From the NCBI GenBank assembly GCA_943324925.2, contig CALPNL020000001.1, positions 1-34,075 of the forward strand: a DNA stretch of 34,075 nt. The letters run 5' to 3'. The stretch is from Chitinophaga pinensis. GTDB lineage: Bacteria; Bacteroidota; Bacteroidia; Flavobacteriales; Flavobacteriaceae. The position numbers and the translations under genes were made by a program. Position 1 is the stretch's first letter. Each line of letters opens with the position of its first letter. This document shows positions 1-10,090 of the stretch, piece by piece. The notes under the pieces were generated by a model that was given only the letters and a program-made list of their open reading frames with translations, searched no databases and was not told the origin of the DNA.

Positions 1-1
1 A

Positions 2-1465
2 AACACCAGAACTATGTCGGCACCTCACGACCATAAACACATCGTGGGAACCTATCATTTAGCCGAAAAAGCTCATATTGAAAAAGCAATTGCTAACGCA
101 TTAGAAACTAAAAAAGCATGGGCTAATATGGCTTGGGAACAACGTGCAGCAATATTTTTAAAAGCGGCAGAATTAATCGCAGGTCCTTACCGAGCAAAAA
201 TTAATGCCGCAACCATGATTGCGCAATCTAAAAATATTTTTCAAGCAGAAATTGATGCTTCTTGCGAATTAATCGACTTCCTTCGTTACAATGTAGAGTT
301 CATGACTCAAATTTATAATGATCAACCCAATTCTGACTCTTCCGTTTGGAATAGATTAGAATACCGCCCATTAGAAGGATTTGTATATGCCATTACCCCT
401 TTTAATTTTACCGCAATTGCGGCAAATTTGCCAGCAAGCGCAGCCATGATGGGAAATGTTGTGATTTGGAAACCGAGCGACAGCCAAGTATTTTCTGCGA
501 AAATTATTATCGATGTTTTCAAAGAAGCGGGCGTACCTGATGGAGTAATTAATGTGGTTTTTGGTGATGCGGAAATGATAACTAATACTATCTTGGAGAG
601 TCGTGATTTTGCAGGAGTTCATCTCACTGGATCAACTCATGTATTCAAAGATATTTGGGCAAAAATTGGAACCAATATTCACCATTATAAAACTTACCCT
701 AGAATTGTAGGGGAAACAGGCGGAAAAGATTTTGTGGTAGCTCACCCAAGTGCCAATGTTAAACAAGTAGCAACTGGAATTGCACGTGGCGCATTTGAAT
801 TTCAAGGGCAAAAATGTTCTGCCGCTTCAAGAGCCTATATTCCACAAAGTTTGTGGCCAGCTGTAAAACAACAATTAATTACCGACGTAAAATCTATGAA
901 TATGGGGTCTCCAGAAGATTTTGGAAATTTCATTACTGCAGTGATTCATGAAGGTTCATTTAACAAATTAGTTAGATACATCGAGCAAGCAAAAAAAGAT
1001 GCTGATGCTGAAATTATTGTTGGTGGTAAATATGATAAGTCGGTTGGTTATTTTATTGAACCCACGATTATTGTTACTACCAACCCAAAATATACTACCA
1101 TGGAAACAGAATTATTTGGTCCAGTAGTAACTATATACGTTTATGAAGACACCGATTGGGAAACTACTTTAGAATTAGTAGATCAAACCTCAGAATATGC
1201 ATTAACTGGAGCCGTTTTTAGTAAAGATCGATATGCCATTGAACAAGCTACTATCGCTTTACAAAACGCAGCTGGAAATTTTTATGTGAATGATAAACCA
1301 ACTGGAGCAGTTGTAGGAATGCAACCTTTTGGAGGGGCTAGAGCTTCAGGAACGAATGACAAAGCAGGATCAGCGTTAAACTTATTGCGTTGGGCCTCGC
1401 CAAGAACCATTAAAGAAACTTTTATTACCCCTGAAGATTACCGATACCCATTTTTAGGAGAATAA
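2..1465 (+). CDS. pruA: L-glutamate gamma-semialdehyde (P5C) dehydrogenase, stand-alone; 5'-truncated by window edge
   Basis: ALDH motifs ITPFNF, WKPS, GETGGK, catalytic Cys in FQGQKCSA, ELFGP, NDKPTGAVVGMQPFGG. The frame is open from base 2 (NTRTM...), so the ATG at 14 is probably internal. Confidence 0.93.
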   Translation, partial: NTRTMSAPHDHKHIVGTYHLAEKAHIEKAIANALETKKAWANMAWEQRAAIFLKAAELIAGPYRAKINAATMIAQSKNIFQAEIDASCELIDFLRYNVEFMTQIYNDQPNSDSSVWNRLEYRPLEGFVYAITPFNFTAIAANLPASAAMMGNVVIWKPSDSQVFSAKIIIDVFKEAGVPDGVINVVFGDAEMITNTILESRDFAGVHLTGSTHVFKDIWAKIGTNIHHYKTYPRIVGETGGKDFVVAHPSANVKQVATGIARGAFEFQGQKCSAASRAYIPQSLWPAVKQQLITDVKSMNMGSPEDFGNFITAVIHEGSFNKLVRYIEQAKKDADAEIIVGGKYDKSVGYFIEPTIIVTTNPKYTTMETELFGPVVTIYVYEDTDWETTLELVDQTSEYALTGAVFSKDRYAIEQATIALQNAAGNFYVNDKPTGAVVGMQPFGGARASGTNDKAGSALNLLRWASPRTIKETFITPEDYRYPFLGE

Positions 1466-1488
1466 TTTAAAAAATTAGATTTAAGAAT

Positions 1489-1517
1489 AAAAAACCCTCA
1501 AGTTTGAGGGTTTTTTT
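1489..1517. terminator. Bidirectional intrinsic terminator between pruA and rsmG
   Basis: AAAAAACCCTCAA-GT-TTGAGGGTTTTTTT inverted repeat with A/T tracts on both sides, between convergent genes; overlaps the rsmG stop codon. Confidence 0.88.
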
Positions 1518-2145
1518 ATGATTTATATTTCAAAGGCAAATGAACTACTTTCTTAGTTTCAAAAAATTCTCCTTCAAAAAATTCGGATATATTGTATTCT
1601 TTAGCATTGGGAAATCCTGCCAATTCCTCCGTTAAATCTCCACCTTTAAGATACAAAATTCCATTTTTTAGTTGGTGTTTTTGTTGCTTTTTGATTTTGT
1701 CTTTTATCCAAGAAACAAAATCAGGCATGTTGGTTACCGCACGACTTACAATAAAATCAAAATCACCTTTTACATTTTCAGCTCGAATTTGCTCTGCTTT
1801 CACATTTTTTAATTCCAAAGCATCTGCAACTGCTTTTACCACATTTATTTTTTTCAAGATTACATCAATCAAATAAAAACGAGTTTCTGGAAATAGAATT
1901 GCCAAAGGAATTCCTGGAAAACCTCCTCCAGTTCCAACGTCTAAAACGTAGGTTCCAGGTTCAAATTTTTGAATTTTGGCAATAGCCAAAGAGTGCAAAA
2001 CATGTTTAACATACAATTGATCAATATCTTTTCTAGAAATGACATTAATTTTTGAATTCCAATCGTGATATAAAGCTTCCAATTGTTGGAATTGACTTAT
2101 CTGAACCTCAGTTAATTCAGGAAAGTACTTGATAATAAATTCCAT
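1516..2145 (-). CDS. rsmG: 16S rRNA m7G527 methyltransferase RsmG (GidB)
   Basis: WNSKINVISRKD, H-x-x-x-S, SAM motif LDVGTGGGFPGIPLAI, SRAV, YLKG. Confidence 0.95.
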   Translation of the reverse strand: MEFIIKYFPELTEVQISQFQQLEALYHDWNSKINVISRKDIDQLYVKHVLHSLAIAKIQKFEPGTYVLDVGTGGGFPGIPLAILFPETRFYLIDVILKKINVVKAVADALELKNVKAEQIRAENVKGDFDFIVSRAVTNMPDFVSWIKDKIKKQQKHQLKNGILYLKGGDLTEELAGFPNAKEYNISEFFEGEFFETKKVVHLPLKYKS

Positions 2146-2158
2146 TTATTTTTTTTAA

Positions 2159-2166
2159 CAAAAGTA
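2159..2166 (-). promoter_or_regulatory. Bacteroidota housekeeping promoter -7 box for rsmG
   Basis: TACTTTTG on the minus strand (TAnnTTTG consensus), 13 nt upstream of the ATG. Confidence 0.6.
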
Positions 2167-2221
2167 CTATTTAAAGTTAAAATATTAACTCGAAATTGAT
2201 GTAATAAATTTATATAATAAT

Positions 2222-2229
2222 TATCTTTG
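2222..2229 (+). promoter_or_regulatory. Promoter -7 box for the desaturase-aminotransferase-purT run
   Basis: TATCTTTG matches TAnnTTTG, 17 nt upstream of the ATG at 2247. Confidence 0.6.
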
Positions 2230-2246
2230 TTGAATATCAAAAAAAT

Positions 2247-3347
2247 ATGAGCAATACTGTCCCTACATTTGCAAAGCAAGATGGAATGAAGTTTTTTAGA
2301 ACTTTAAATTCAAAAGTGAACAACTATTTCAAAGAAAATAAAATAGAAAAAACAGGAAACTGGAAATTGTATCTCAAAACAATAATTCTATTTACAATCT
2401 TTATTACCCCATATATTTTAATTATTACCTTAACCAACATGCCTTTCTGGGTATTTACTATTTTGTCAATTGTTATTGGAATTGGTATGGCAGGAATTGG
2501 TATGAATGTGATGCACGATGGAAATCATGGTTCCTATTCCAATAAAGGCTGGGTAAATAAATTCATGGGAGGTACTATATATGTATTAGCCGGAAATGTT
2601 TACAATTGGCAAGTTCAGCATAACGTATTGCACCATACCTACACTAATATTCCTGGTCATGACGAAGATTTAGATGCAGGGAGAATTATAAGATTTACTA
2701 AGGAAGCTAAATGGTCCAATTTCCACAAATTCCAGCATTATTATTCCATATTTTTATATGGCTTATTGACTTTCAACTGGGCTTTAACCACTGATTTTAA
2801 ACAGATGAGTCAATACCTGAAAAGAAAATTATCTTATGGGGAACCTAAAAGCTCTAAGATATTATGGACTACATTAGTAATTACAAAAATTATCTACTTT
2901 TCTATTTGGATAGCTATTCCAATGATTATTGGAGTTTCTTGGTGGAAAGTACTTTTTGGATTTTTTGTTATGCATTACACTGCAGGATTAATTTTGAGTA
3001 TTGTATTCCAATTGGCACATGTAATTGAGGACACTTCCAATCCACTTCCAAATGAAGAGGGAGAAATGGAAAATACTTGGGCCATTCACCAATTATTTAC
3101 AACGGTAAATTTTGCACCTAAGAATTTTATTGTAAACTGGTACACTGGAGGTTTAAATCATCAAATTGAACACCACTTGTTTCCAAATATTTGCCACGTA
3201 CATTATAATAAAATTTCACAATTTGTAAAAGAGGCTGCTCAAGAAGCTAATCTTCCCTACTATGAATATAAATCGATGAGAGCAGCAGTAATCGCGCACT
3301 TCAAACATTTGAAAGAGCTAGGAATGAAACCAGAACTTTCAGCATAA
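2247..3347 (+). CDS. Membrane fatty-acid (acyl-lipid/acyl-CoA) desaturase, no fused cytochrome b5
   Basis: Three His boxes HDGNH, HNVLHH and HQIEHH, plus several hydrophobic segments. Confidence 0.9.
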   Translation: MSNTVPTFAKQDGMKFFRTLNSKVNNYFKENKIEKTGNWKLYLKTIILFTIFITPYILIITLTNMPFWVFTILSIVIGIGMAGIGMNVMHDGNHGSYSNKGWVNKFMGGTIYVLAGNVYNWQVQHNVLHHTYTNIPGHDEDLDAGRIIRFTKEAKWSNFHKFQHYYSIFLYGLLTFNWALTTDFKQMSQYLKRKLSYGEPKSSKILWTTLVITKIIYFSIWIAIPMIIGVSWWKVLFGFFVMHYTAGLILSIVFQLAHVIEDTSNPLPNEEGEMENTWAIHQLFTTVNFAPKNFIVNWYTGGLNHQIEHHLFPNICHVHYNKISQFVKEAAQEANLPYYEYKSMRAAVIAHFKHLKELGMKPELSA

Positions 3348-3390
3348 AAATTTAAAACACAATAATAAATAACTACAACAAACAACAAGA

Positions 3391-4575
3391 ATGAATGCAC
3401 TTTCGGATAGGATAAATAATTTATCGACATCACAAACATTAGCAATGGCCTCATTGGCTAGAGAATTAAAAGCACAAGGAAAAGATATTATTAGTCTAAG
3501 TTTAGGTGAACCCGATTTTAATACTCCCGACTTTATAAAGGAGGCTGCAAAAAAAGCAATTGACGATAATTATAGTACCTACTCTCCAGTAGAAGGTTAC
3601 CAAGATTTGAAAGAAGCCATTTGTAGAAAATTCAAAAGAGACAATGATTTAGAATACAAACCATCTCAAATTGTTGTTTCAACAGGAGCAAAACAATCTT
3701 TATACAATATAGCTCAAGTAATGTTAAATGATGGAGACGAGGTCATTTTACCAGCTCCATATTGGGTAAGTTACTTTGAAATAATTAAATTATCAGGAGG
3801 GGTTCCAGTTGAAGTTCCTACTTCAATTGAAAGTGATTTCAAAATTACCCCTTCACAATTAGAAGCGGCCATAACTCCAAAAACGAAAATGATGTGGTTC
3901 AGTTCGCCATGTAATCCAAGCGGATCTGTTTACAGCAGAGAGGAACTAACCGCACTGGCAAAAGTTTTAGAGAAATACCCTAACATTTATGTTGTTGCCG
4001 ATGAAATTTATGAGCACATTAATTTCTCAGGTACTTTTTGCAGCATTGGATCCATTCCAGGAATGCTTGAAAAAACAGTAACCGTAAATGGTGTTGCAAA
4101 AGCATTTGCGATGACAGGTTGGAGAATTGGATACATTGGCGCACCTGAGTTTATTGCTAAAGCATGTACCAAGATTCAGGGTCAAGTTACCAGTGGAGCA
4201 AATAGTATTGCGCAAAGAGCAACAATTACAGCAGTTGATGCAGATCCTTCTGTATTAAAACATATGGTTGATGCATTTCATAGCCGAAGAGATTTAGTAG
4301 TTAGTCTTTTAAAAGATATTCCAGGAATTAAAATTAACGTTCCAGAAGGGGCCTTTTACGTGTTCCCTGATGTTTCCCATTTTTTTGGCAAAACTCTAAA
4401 AGAAACTTTTATTAAAGATGCAAATGACTTTTCTATGTATCTTTTATCAGAAGCGAATGTAGCTACTGTAACTGGAGATGCTTTTGGAAATCCAAATTGC
4501 ATCCGTTTTTCATATGCTACAAGTGAAGATTTATTGATTGAAGCACTTAGAAGAATCAAGCAAGCAGTCGCATAA
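3391..4575 (+). CDS. PLP-dependent class I/II aminotransferase (aspartate aminotransferase-like)
   Basis: [28 protein letters not shown], Schiff-base Lys in [19 protein letters not shown]. Confidence 0.9.
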   Translation: MNALSDRINNLSTSQTLAMASLARELKAQGKDIISLSLGEPDFNTPDFIKEAAKKAIDDNYSTYSPVEGYQDLKEAICRKFKRDNDLEYKPSQIVVSTGAKQSLYNIAQVMLNDGDEVILPAPYWVSYFEIIKLSGGVPVEVPTSIESDFKITPSQLEAAITPKTKMMWFSSPCNPSGSVYSREELTALAKVLEKYPNIYVVADEIYEHINFSGTFCSIGSIPGMLEKTVTVNGVAKAFAMTGWRIGYIGAPEFIAKACTKIQGQVTSGANSIAQRATITAVDADPSVLKHMVDAFHSRRDLVVSLLKDIPGIKINVPEGAFYVFPDVSHFFGKTLKETFIKDANDFSMYLLSEANVATVTGDAFGNPNCIRFSYATSEDLLIEALRRIKQAVA

Positions 4576-4601
4576 ATAAGGCTATTAAACTTAATTATTC
4601 T

Positions 4602-5762
4602 ATGAAAATACTTCTTCTAGGTTCTGGTGAATTAGGCAAAGAATTTACAATTGCAGCTCAAAGAATTGGTCAAACTGTTATTGCAGTTGATAATTATGAA
4701 AACGCCCCAGCGATGCAAGTCGCTAATGGATTCGAAGTTATTAATATGCTTGACGGAACAGAATTAGATAGAATTGTACAAAAACACCAACCTGATTTCA
4801 TAGTTCCCGAGATTGAAGCAATAAGAACAGAGCGCTTTTATGACTATGAAAACCAAGGAATAAAGGTAGTTCCCTCAGCTAAAGCGGCTAATTTTACAAT
4901 GAACAGAAAAGCAATTCGCGATTTGGCTTCAAAAGAATTGGGTTTAAAAACTGCCAATTATAGATACGCAACTACTTCTGAAGAATTGAAAGAAGCAGTA
5001 TTGGAAGTTGGAATTCCTTGCGTGGTTAAACCCTTAATGTCCTCTTCAGGAAAAGGGCAATCAACAATAAAGTCCGAGTCAGATATTGAAAAAGCATGGA
5101 ATTACGCTGTGGAGGGTTCCCGTGGAGATGTTGTGGAAGTAATTGTGGAAGCCTTTGTAAAATTCAATTCAGAAATCACATTATTAACCGTGGTTCAAAA
5201 TAATAACCCAACCCTTTTTTGCGCACCAATAGGACATCGTCAAGAACGTGGCGATTATCAAGAAAGTTGGCAACCTGCAAGAATTTCAGAATCTGACTTA
5301 ATTGAAGCGCAAAATATGGCTCAAAAAGTTACCGAAGCCTTGGGTGGCGCAGGACTTTTTGGGGTAGAATTTTTTCTTACAGACGAAGGGGTTTATTTTT
5401 CAGAATTATCACCAAGACCTCACGATACAGGAATGGTAACGTTGGCTGGAACTCAAAATTTTAATGAATTTGAATTGCATTTACGTGCAATATTAAGTTT
5501 GCCAATATTTGAAATAAAATTGGAAAAAGCGGGAGCAAGTGCCGTTATTCTTGCTTCAGAAAATAGCTTAAATCCAACCTATGAAGGGATTGAAAAAATT
5601 GCTTCATTACCAAAAACCGACTTTAGAATATTTGGAAAACCCACTTCAAGACCTTACCGCAGAATGGGAGTTTCACTAGTTAATAATCATTTAGAAACTC
5701 CAATTGAAGAAATTGTGGAGTTGGCGAAAGAAGCAGCTAAATTGGTTAAAGTAGTTTATTAA
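4602..5762 (+). CDS. purT: Formate-dependent phosphoribosylglycinamide formyltransferase
   Basis: [30 protein letters not shown] (ATP-grasp), [24 protein letters not shown]. Confidence 0.95.
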   Translation: MKILLLGSGELGKEFTIAAQRIGQTVIAVDNYENAPAMQVANGFEVINMLDGTELDRIVQKHQPDFIVPEIEAIRTERFYDYENQGIKVVPSAKAANFTMNRKAIRDLASKELGLKTANYRYATTSEELKEAVLEVGIPCVVKPLMSSSGKGQSTIKSESDIEKAWNYAVEGSRGDVVEVIVEAFVKFNSEITLLTVVQNNNPTLFCAPIGHRQERGDYQESWQPARISESDLIEAQNMAQKVTEALGGAGLFGVEFFLTDEGVYFSELSPRPHDTGMVTLAGTQNFNEFELHLRAILSLPIFEIKLEKAGASAVILASENSLNPTYEGIEKIASLPKTDFRIFGKPTSRPYRRMGVSLVNNHLETPIEEIVELAKEAAKLVKVVY

Positions 5763-5777
5763 ACATAGAAATTTAGC

Positions 5778-6377
5778 CTATTTTTTGAAAAAAATCTCAG
5801 GATAAACAATCACCTTTGCTATGTAAATTGGCGCATCAAAAGTCGTGGTTAATATCGATTTTTTGTTAAATAAATTTCTATATCCAAATCCTGTTCCTAT
5901 TCCAATCCAGGAAGTAAATTTGTAATTTACTTGCCCTGAAATTTCATTTACATAAAGATCTACATTTACATCGCTAACAACATCATCGTTTACTTCTTTT
6001 ACAAAACTAGGTTTCCCATAACCAATTTGCTCCGTTAAAAAACACTCCCATTTATTATTTTTATATAACATCCAATCATTAAAAATACTAAAGTACCAAA
6101 AACTGATTTTGTTAGTCTCTTCCTTATTTATTTTCTTGTTGAAATAATTAATATAAACTGGATTAATAATAAAGGAACTCCCCAATCCAATTCTTGTTAA
6201 TTTTTTATATTGAAATCCAACTTTTGTTCCAAATACGGTAATTTCTTGATTTCTAATACTTGAAAAACGATTGTCTAACTGGAATGCAAACGACCATTTT
6301 TTAGTTACCTCTTGCCCAAAATTTGAAATTGAAAAAAGGAAAAAGAAAGAGATTAATGCAACTCGTATTTTTGGCAT
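5778..6377 (-). CDS. Hypothetical exported protein, possibly a small outer-membrane beta-barrel
   Basis: 199-aa ORF filling the purT-fabD gap; Sec-type signal peptide; alternating aromatic/hydrophobic beta-strand patterns; has its own upstream promoter box. Confidence 0.7.
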   Translation of the reverse strand: MPKIRVALISFFFLFSISNFGQEVTKKWSFAFQLDNRFSSIRNQEITVFGTKVGFQYKKLTRIGLGSSFIINPVYINYFNKKINKEETNKISFWYFSIFNDWMLYKNNKWECFLTEQIGYGKPSFVKEVNDDVVSDVNVDLYVNEISGQVNYKFTSWIGIGTGFGYRNLFNKKSILTTTFDAPIYIAKVIVYPEIFFKK

Positions 6378-6399
6378 AATTTTATTTATTGTGTTAAGA

Positions 6400-6407
6400 C
6401 AAAAGTA
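6400..6407 (-). promoter_or_regulatory. Promoter -7 box for the hypothetical exported protein
   Basis: TACTTTTG on the minus strand 22 nt upstream of the ATG; a TTTG lies about 22 nt further upstream (6430-6433). Confidence 0.55.
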
Positions 6408-6492
6408 AACCCAAATAGTTTAATTGTAGCAAATTAAATAAATCAATAACTATTTCTGCTATTCACATTTCCATTAATCTTATAAATTTCAC

Positions 6493-6500
6493 TATTTTTG
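6493..6500 (+). promoter_or_regulatory. Promoter -7 box for fabD
   Basis: TATTTTTG, 20 nt upstream of the ATG at 6521. Confidence 0.55.
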
Positions 6501-6520
6501 AGCACAAATTAAAATAAAAT

Positions 6521-7393
6521 ATGAAAGCATTTATATTTCCAGGTCAAGGAGCCCAGTTTACAGGAATGGGAAAAGAGTTGTATGAAAATTCTGAATTAGC
6601 TAAGGATTTATTTGAAAAAGCAAATGAAATTTTAGGATTCCGAATTACTGATATCATGTTTGAAGGAACTGCAGAAGAATTGAAAGAAACCAAAGTTACC
6701 CAACCAGCAGTGTTTTTACATTCGGTTATTTTGGCAAAAACATTAACCAATTTTAAACCTGAAATGGTTGCTGGACATTCTTTAGGAGAATTTTCTGCAC
6801 TAGTAGCAAATGGCACTTTATCTTTTGAAGACGGATTAAAATTAGTTTCCAAAAGAGCATTAGCAATGCAAAAAGCTTGTGAAATAAAACCTTCTACTAT
6901 GGCGGCGGTTTTGGGATTGGAAGATGCTGTTGTTGAAGAGGTTTGCGCTTCAATTGATGGAGTTGTTGTTGCGGCAAATTATAACTGCCCGGGACAATTA
7001 GTGATTTCTGGAGAGTTTTCAGCTGTTGAAAAAGCATGTGAAGCAATGAAAGAAGCTGGAGCTAAAAGAGCTTTATTATTACCTGTTGGGGGCGGTTTTC
7101 ATTCACCAATGATGGAGCCAGCACGCGAGGAATTAGCCGCTGCAATAGAAGCTACTACATTTTCAAACCCAATTTGTCCTGTATATCAAAACGTAACTGC
7201 CAATGCGGTTTCAGATCCAATTGAAATTAAGAAAAATCTAATTATTCAACTTACAGCTCCCGTAAAATGGACCCAATCTGTTCAACAAATGGTTAAGGAT
7301 GGAGCGAAAATATTTACTGAAGTTGGCCCTGGAAAAGTACTCGTTGGATTGGTAGGGAAAATTGACCGTGATGCAGTTACGGCAAATGCATAA
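6521..7393 (+). CDS. fabD: Malonyl-CoA:ACP transacylase
   Basis: FPGQGAQ, TQPA, catalytic GHSLGE, ANYNCPGQLVISG, FHS, PVKW, EVGPGKVL. Confidence 0.96.
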   Translation: MKAFIFPGQGAQFTGMGKELYENSELAKDLFEKANEILGFRITDIMFEGTAEELKETKVTQPAVFLHSVILAKTLTNFKPEMVAGHSLGEFSALVANGTLSFEDGLKLVSKRALAMQKACEIKPSTMAAVLGLEDAVVEEVCASIDGVVVAANYNCPGQLVISGEFSAVEKACEAMKEAGAKRALLLPVGGGFHSPMMEPAREELAAAIEATTFSNPICPVYQNVTANAVSDPIEIKKNLIIQLTAPVKWTQSVQQMVKDGAKIFTEVGPGKVLVGLVGKIDRDAVTANA

Positions 7394-7411
7394 ATAACAA
7401 ATTATATAATT

Positions 7412-7444
7412 AAAAAAGTCCTGAGAAAACTCAGGACTTTTTTT
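7412..7444. terminator. Bidirectional intrinsic terminator between fabD and the S41 protease
   Basis: AAAAAAGTCCTGAG-AAAA-CTCAGGACTTTTTTT perfect inverted repeat; overlaps the protease stop codon. Confidence 0.9.
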
Positions 7445-9662
7445 ATGACTTTACTAATTTGTCTTTTTTCTTTAGAGTGACATTCGTCTTTTTTGCCAAT
7501 TCTTTGGACTGCAAATCACCTAATACATTTAATGCTTCATCAACATAAATGTCTTTTGCTAAACTCTCGTGCCACCTTTGTCTTTTTTCTTTTAATGCCG
7601 TATCGGTTTTCATCATTTCATTTTCATATGGAAGAGAATTAAATGTTAATTGGTTTTTATAATCTAAAACAGATTTGTATTTTTTTGAAGTTTCTTCAAG
7701 CAATTTTTGTTCTGCTTTAAATTTATCAATTTGCAAGTTGTATACATAATCTTCACTTCTTTCATTGATCCATTTTGCGTTTTCATCAATCAATTTAAAT
7801 TGATTATTACTTTCTATACGCTTCTTACTGTTTTCAATTGCTAAAGAAATACTATTTGGTTTATTCCAAACGGAGTAATCAGCAGCATCTATTTTATCCC
7901 AAGGCATTGCATTATCTATATCGCGTTCGCCCATTTTTATATAAGAATACTTGTCCGGCATAACAACATCGCTGCTAACCCCTTCCAATTGGGTAGAACC
8001 GCCGTTGATTCTATAGAATTTTTGAGTTGTCGTTTTTAATGCACCTAAATCACCTAGTGTTGAATTTCTAATAAATTGATTTAAATCAATGATATTCTGA
8101 ACAGTTCCTTTTCCATAAGATTGTTTACTTCCAATGATTACTCCCCGTTTGTAATCTTGAATTGCGGCAGCTAAAATCTCTGATGCTGAAGCTGAAAAGC
8201 TATTAATCATTACCACTAAAGGCCCGTCCCATTGCACTTTTTTATCTCTATCATAAAGGACTTCCTTCTTACCTGCAGCAGATTTTATTTGAACAATAGG
8301 TCCTTGTTCAATAAACAATCCTGCGATGTCCACCACTGTTTTTAACGATCCTCCTCCATCATCACGCACATCCAAAACAATTCCATTGACTCCCTCTTTT
8401 TTCAATCGCTCTACTTCAATCGCCATGTCTTTTCCAGCATCTCTGCTATCGGCATTTTCAAAATCGATATAGAATTTAGGCAAATAAATTACACCATATT
8501 TCAATCCATTTTTCTCAACAATACTTGATTTCAAATAGGTTTCTTCAATTTCAATTTCGTCACGTATTAAGGTAATTACTTTAATTGTACCGTCCGTTTT
8601 TTTAACTGTTAAGCGTACTTCAGTTCCTTTTGGGCCTTTAATTTTTTTAACTACATCGTCAATTTTCATCCCCACTACATCCACAGGGTCTTTATCGCCT
8701 TGAGCAACCTTCAGAAAAATATCGCCAACCTCTAGCTCTTTACCTCTCCAAGCTGGACCGCCAGATATTAATTCTGTAATTTCTGTAAAATCATTTTTCT
8801 TTTGAAGACGAGCTCCAATTCCAAAGAATTTTCCAGACATACTAACATCAAAACGTTCTTTTTCTTCTGCTGCAAAATAGGAGGTATGAGGGTCAAAACG
8901 TTCTGCTATAGTATTTACAAAAATCGAAAACCAATCTTCTCTGTCCATTTCATCAATTAAATTGAAAAATTCATTCATTGATTTCAAGGTACTTTCTCGA
9001 GTTTCTTTTTCGATTTGGTCAAAAGTTTTCGGTGTTTTATCAATTGGTTTGTCGACTTTTTTAGCCCCTAAAGAATCTTTTTTCTCTTTAACAACTCCAT
9101 TTTTTATGTCTTCCTCTAATTTTAATCTATCGGTTAAAGAGGATAAAACGGATAACTTCAATTGTTTTCTCCATTTTTCTTTCAAATCAGAAATTGAGGA
9201 AGCATAAGGGATTTTTTCATAATCGGAATTAAATTCTTCCTCGGCATTAAAATCAAAAGGTTGGTTTAATATTGATTTATAATAGGTTTTACTTTCATCG
9301 ATACGTTTTTTTAAACGGGAATAGGTTAAATCAAAAAAGGTTAAATCTTTATTTTTAATTTGATCGTCTAATTCAGTTTCATATTTTGAAAACTCTTCAA
9401 TATCGGATTGTAAAAAGAATCTTTTTGTAGGATCGAGAGATTTTATGTATTCCTTGTATAAACTTTTAGAAAAATTATCATCAATTTCTGCTGGACTATA
9501 GTGCCCTTTTTCAATTACAAAAGTTAGTAATTCTAATAATAATCTATCTTTTTCTGGATCTCCTTTTTGCTTTGGGATAAAACTCCAAAGCGATAAAGAC
9601 GCAACTAAGACGAGGGCTATAATCTTATAATTCCTTTTCATAAAATTCAAAAATGTATTCAT
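7443..9662 (-). CDS. prc: Carboxy-terminal processing (tail-specific) protease, S41A, Prc/Tsp type
   Basis: DPHTSY, PDZ region GIGARL...GGPAW, LDVRDDGGG, catalytic SASASE and GKGTVQ, GGSTQ; N-terminal signal/anchor. The start may be the second Met (MKRNYK). Confidence 0.9.
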   Translation of the reverse strand: MNTFLNFMKRNYKIIALVLVASLSLWSFIPKQKGDPEKDRLLLELLTFVIEKGHYSPAEIDDNFSKSLYKEYIKSLDPTKRFFLQSDIEEFSKYETELDDQIKNKDLTFFDLTYSRLKKRIDESKTYYKSILNQPFDFNAEEEFNSDYEKIPYASSISDLKEKWRKQLKLSVLSSLTDRLKLEEDIKNGVVKEKKDSLGAKKVDKPIDKTPKTFDQIEKETRESTLKSMNEFFNLIDEMDREDWFSIFVNTIAERFDPHTSYFAAEEKERFDVSMSGKFFGIGARLQKKNDFTEITELISGGPAWRGKELEVGDIFLKVAQGDKDPVDVVGMKIDDVVKKIKGPKGTEVRLTVKKTDGTIKVITLIRDEIEIEETYLKSSIVEKNGLKYGVIYLPKFYIDFENADSRDAGKDMAIEVERLKKEGVNGIVLDVRDDGGGSLKTVVDIAGLFIEQGPIVQIKSAAGKKEVLYDRDKKVQWDGPLVVMINSFSASASEILAAAIQDYKRGVIIGSKQSYGKGTVQNIIDLNQFIRNSTLGDLGALKTTTQKFYRINGGSTQLEGVSSDVVMPDKYSYIKMGERDIDNAMPWDKIDAADYSVWNKPNSISLAIENSKKRIESNNQFKLIDENAKWINERSEDYVYNLQIDKFKAEQKLLEETSKKYKSVLDYKNQLTFNSLPYENEMMKTDTALKEKRQRWHESLAKDIYVDEALNVLGDLQSKELAKKTNVTLKKKDKLVKS

Positions 9663-9685
9663 TAATTTTTTTTAACTAAGATATA

Positions 9686-9693
9686 CAAAAATA
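9686..9693 (-). promoter_or_regulatory. Promoter -7 box for the S41 protease
   Basis: TATTTTTG on the minus strand, 23 nt upstream of the ORF start. Confidence 0.5.
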
Positions 9694-9808
9694 GGTATTT
9701 CAAAATATCGAATTGACTAATTTTTTGTTAAAGAATCAAAAGTAACCATGTGAGATTAAAAATGATTATTTTTACGGTTGAAAATAGTTATTTTCAATTA
9801 AGAAATAC

Positions 9809-10081
9809 ATGAAAAAAATAGACCTTTTTTACGGGCTTTTAATTGGACTAACAACCTCATTAATTGGTATTTATCTTTGTATTTATATCTTTACTCCCTA
9901 TTCCTTTTTAGGCGGTTTACAGCTCTTGAAGTTCGAGGGAAAATTGGGACAAATTATTACATTAGGAACTATTTTGAATATTGGAATGTTCTTTGGGCTA
10001 TTAAAATATAAAAAAGTAACAATGGCAAAAGGGATAATTTTGACAATAATATTATTAACGATAATCACATTATTTATATAG
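9809..10081 (+). CDS. Small hypothetical membrane protein (about 3 TM helices)
   Basis: 90-aa, very hydrophobic ORF with an A-rich leader, abutting lpxB. Confidence 0.7.
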   Translation: MKKIDLFYGLLIGLTTSLIGIYLCIYIFTPYSFLGGLQLLKFEGKLGQIITLGTILNIGMFFGLLKYKKVTMAKGIILTIILLTIITLFI

Positions 10082-10090
10082 ATGAATCCT

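Noticed and set aside
14-1465. pruA or susD as truncated pseudogenes
   Set aside because: Both frames stay open to the window edges, so the short length is a windowing artefact.
2175-2190. AGTTAA-AATA-TTAACT palindrome between the rsmG and desaturase promoters as an operator
   Set aside because: Six-bp, almost all-AT arms are expected by chance at this composition; I saw no second copy.
3348-3390. CAA/AAT-rich low-complexity spacer (mirrored at 17776-17842 on the minus strand) as a repeat or sRNA
   Set aside because: Matches the usual unstructured A-rich translation-initiation region of Bacteroidota; no periodic unit.
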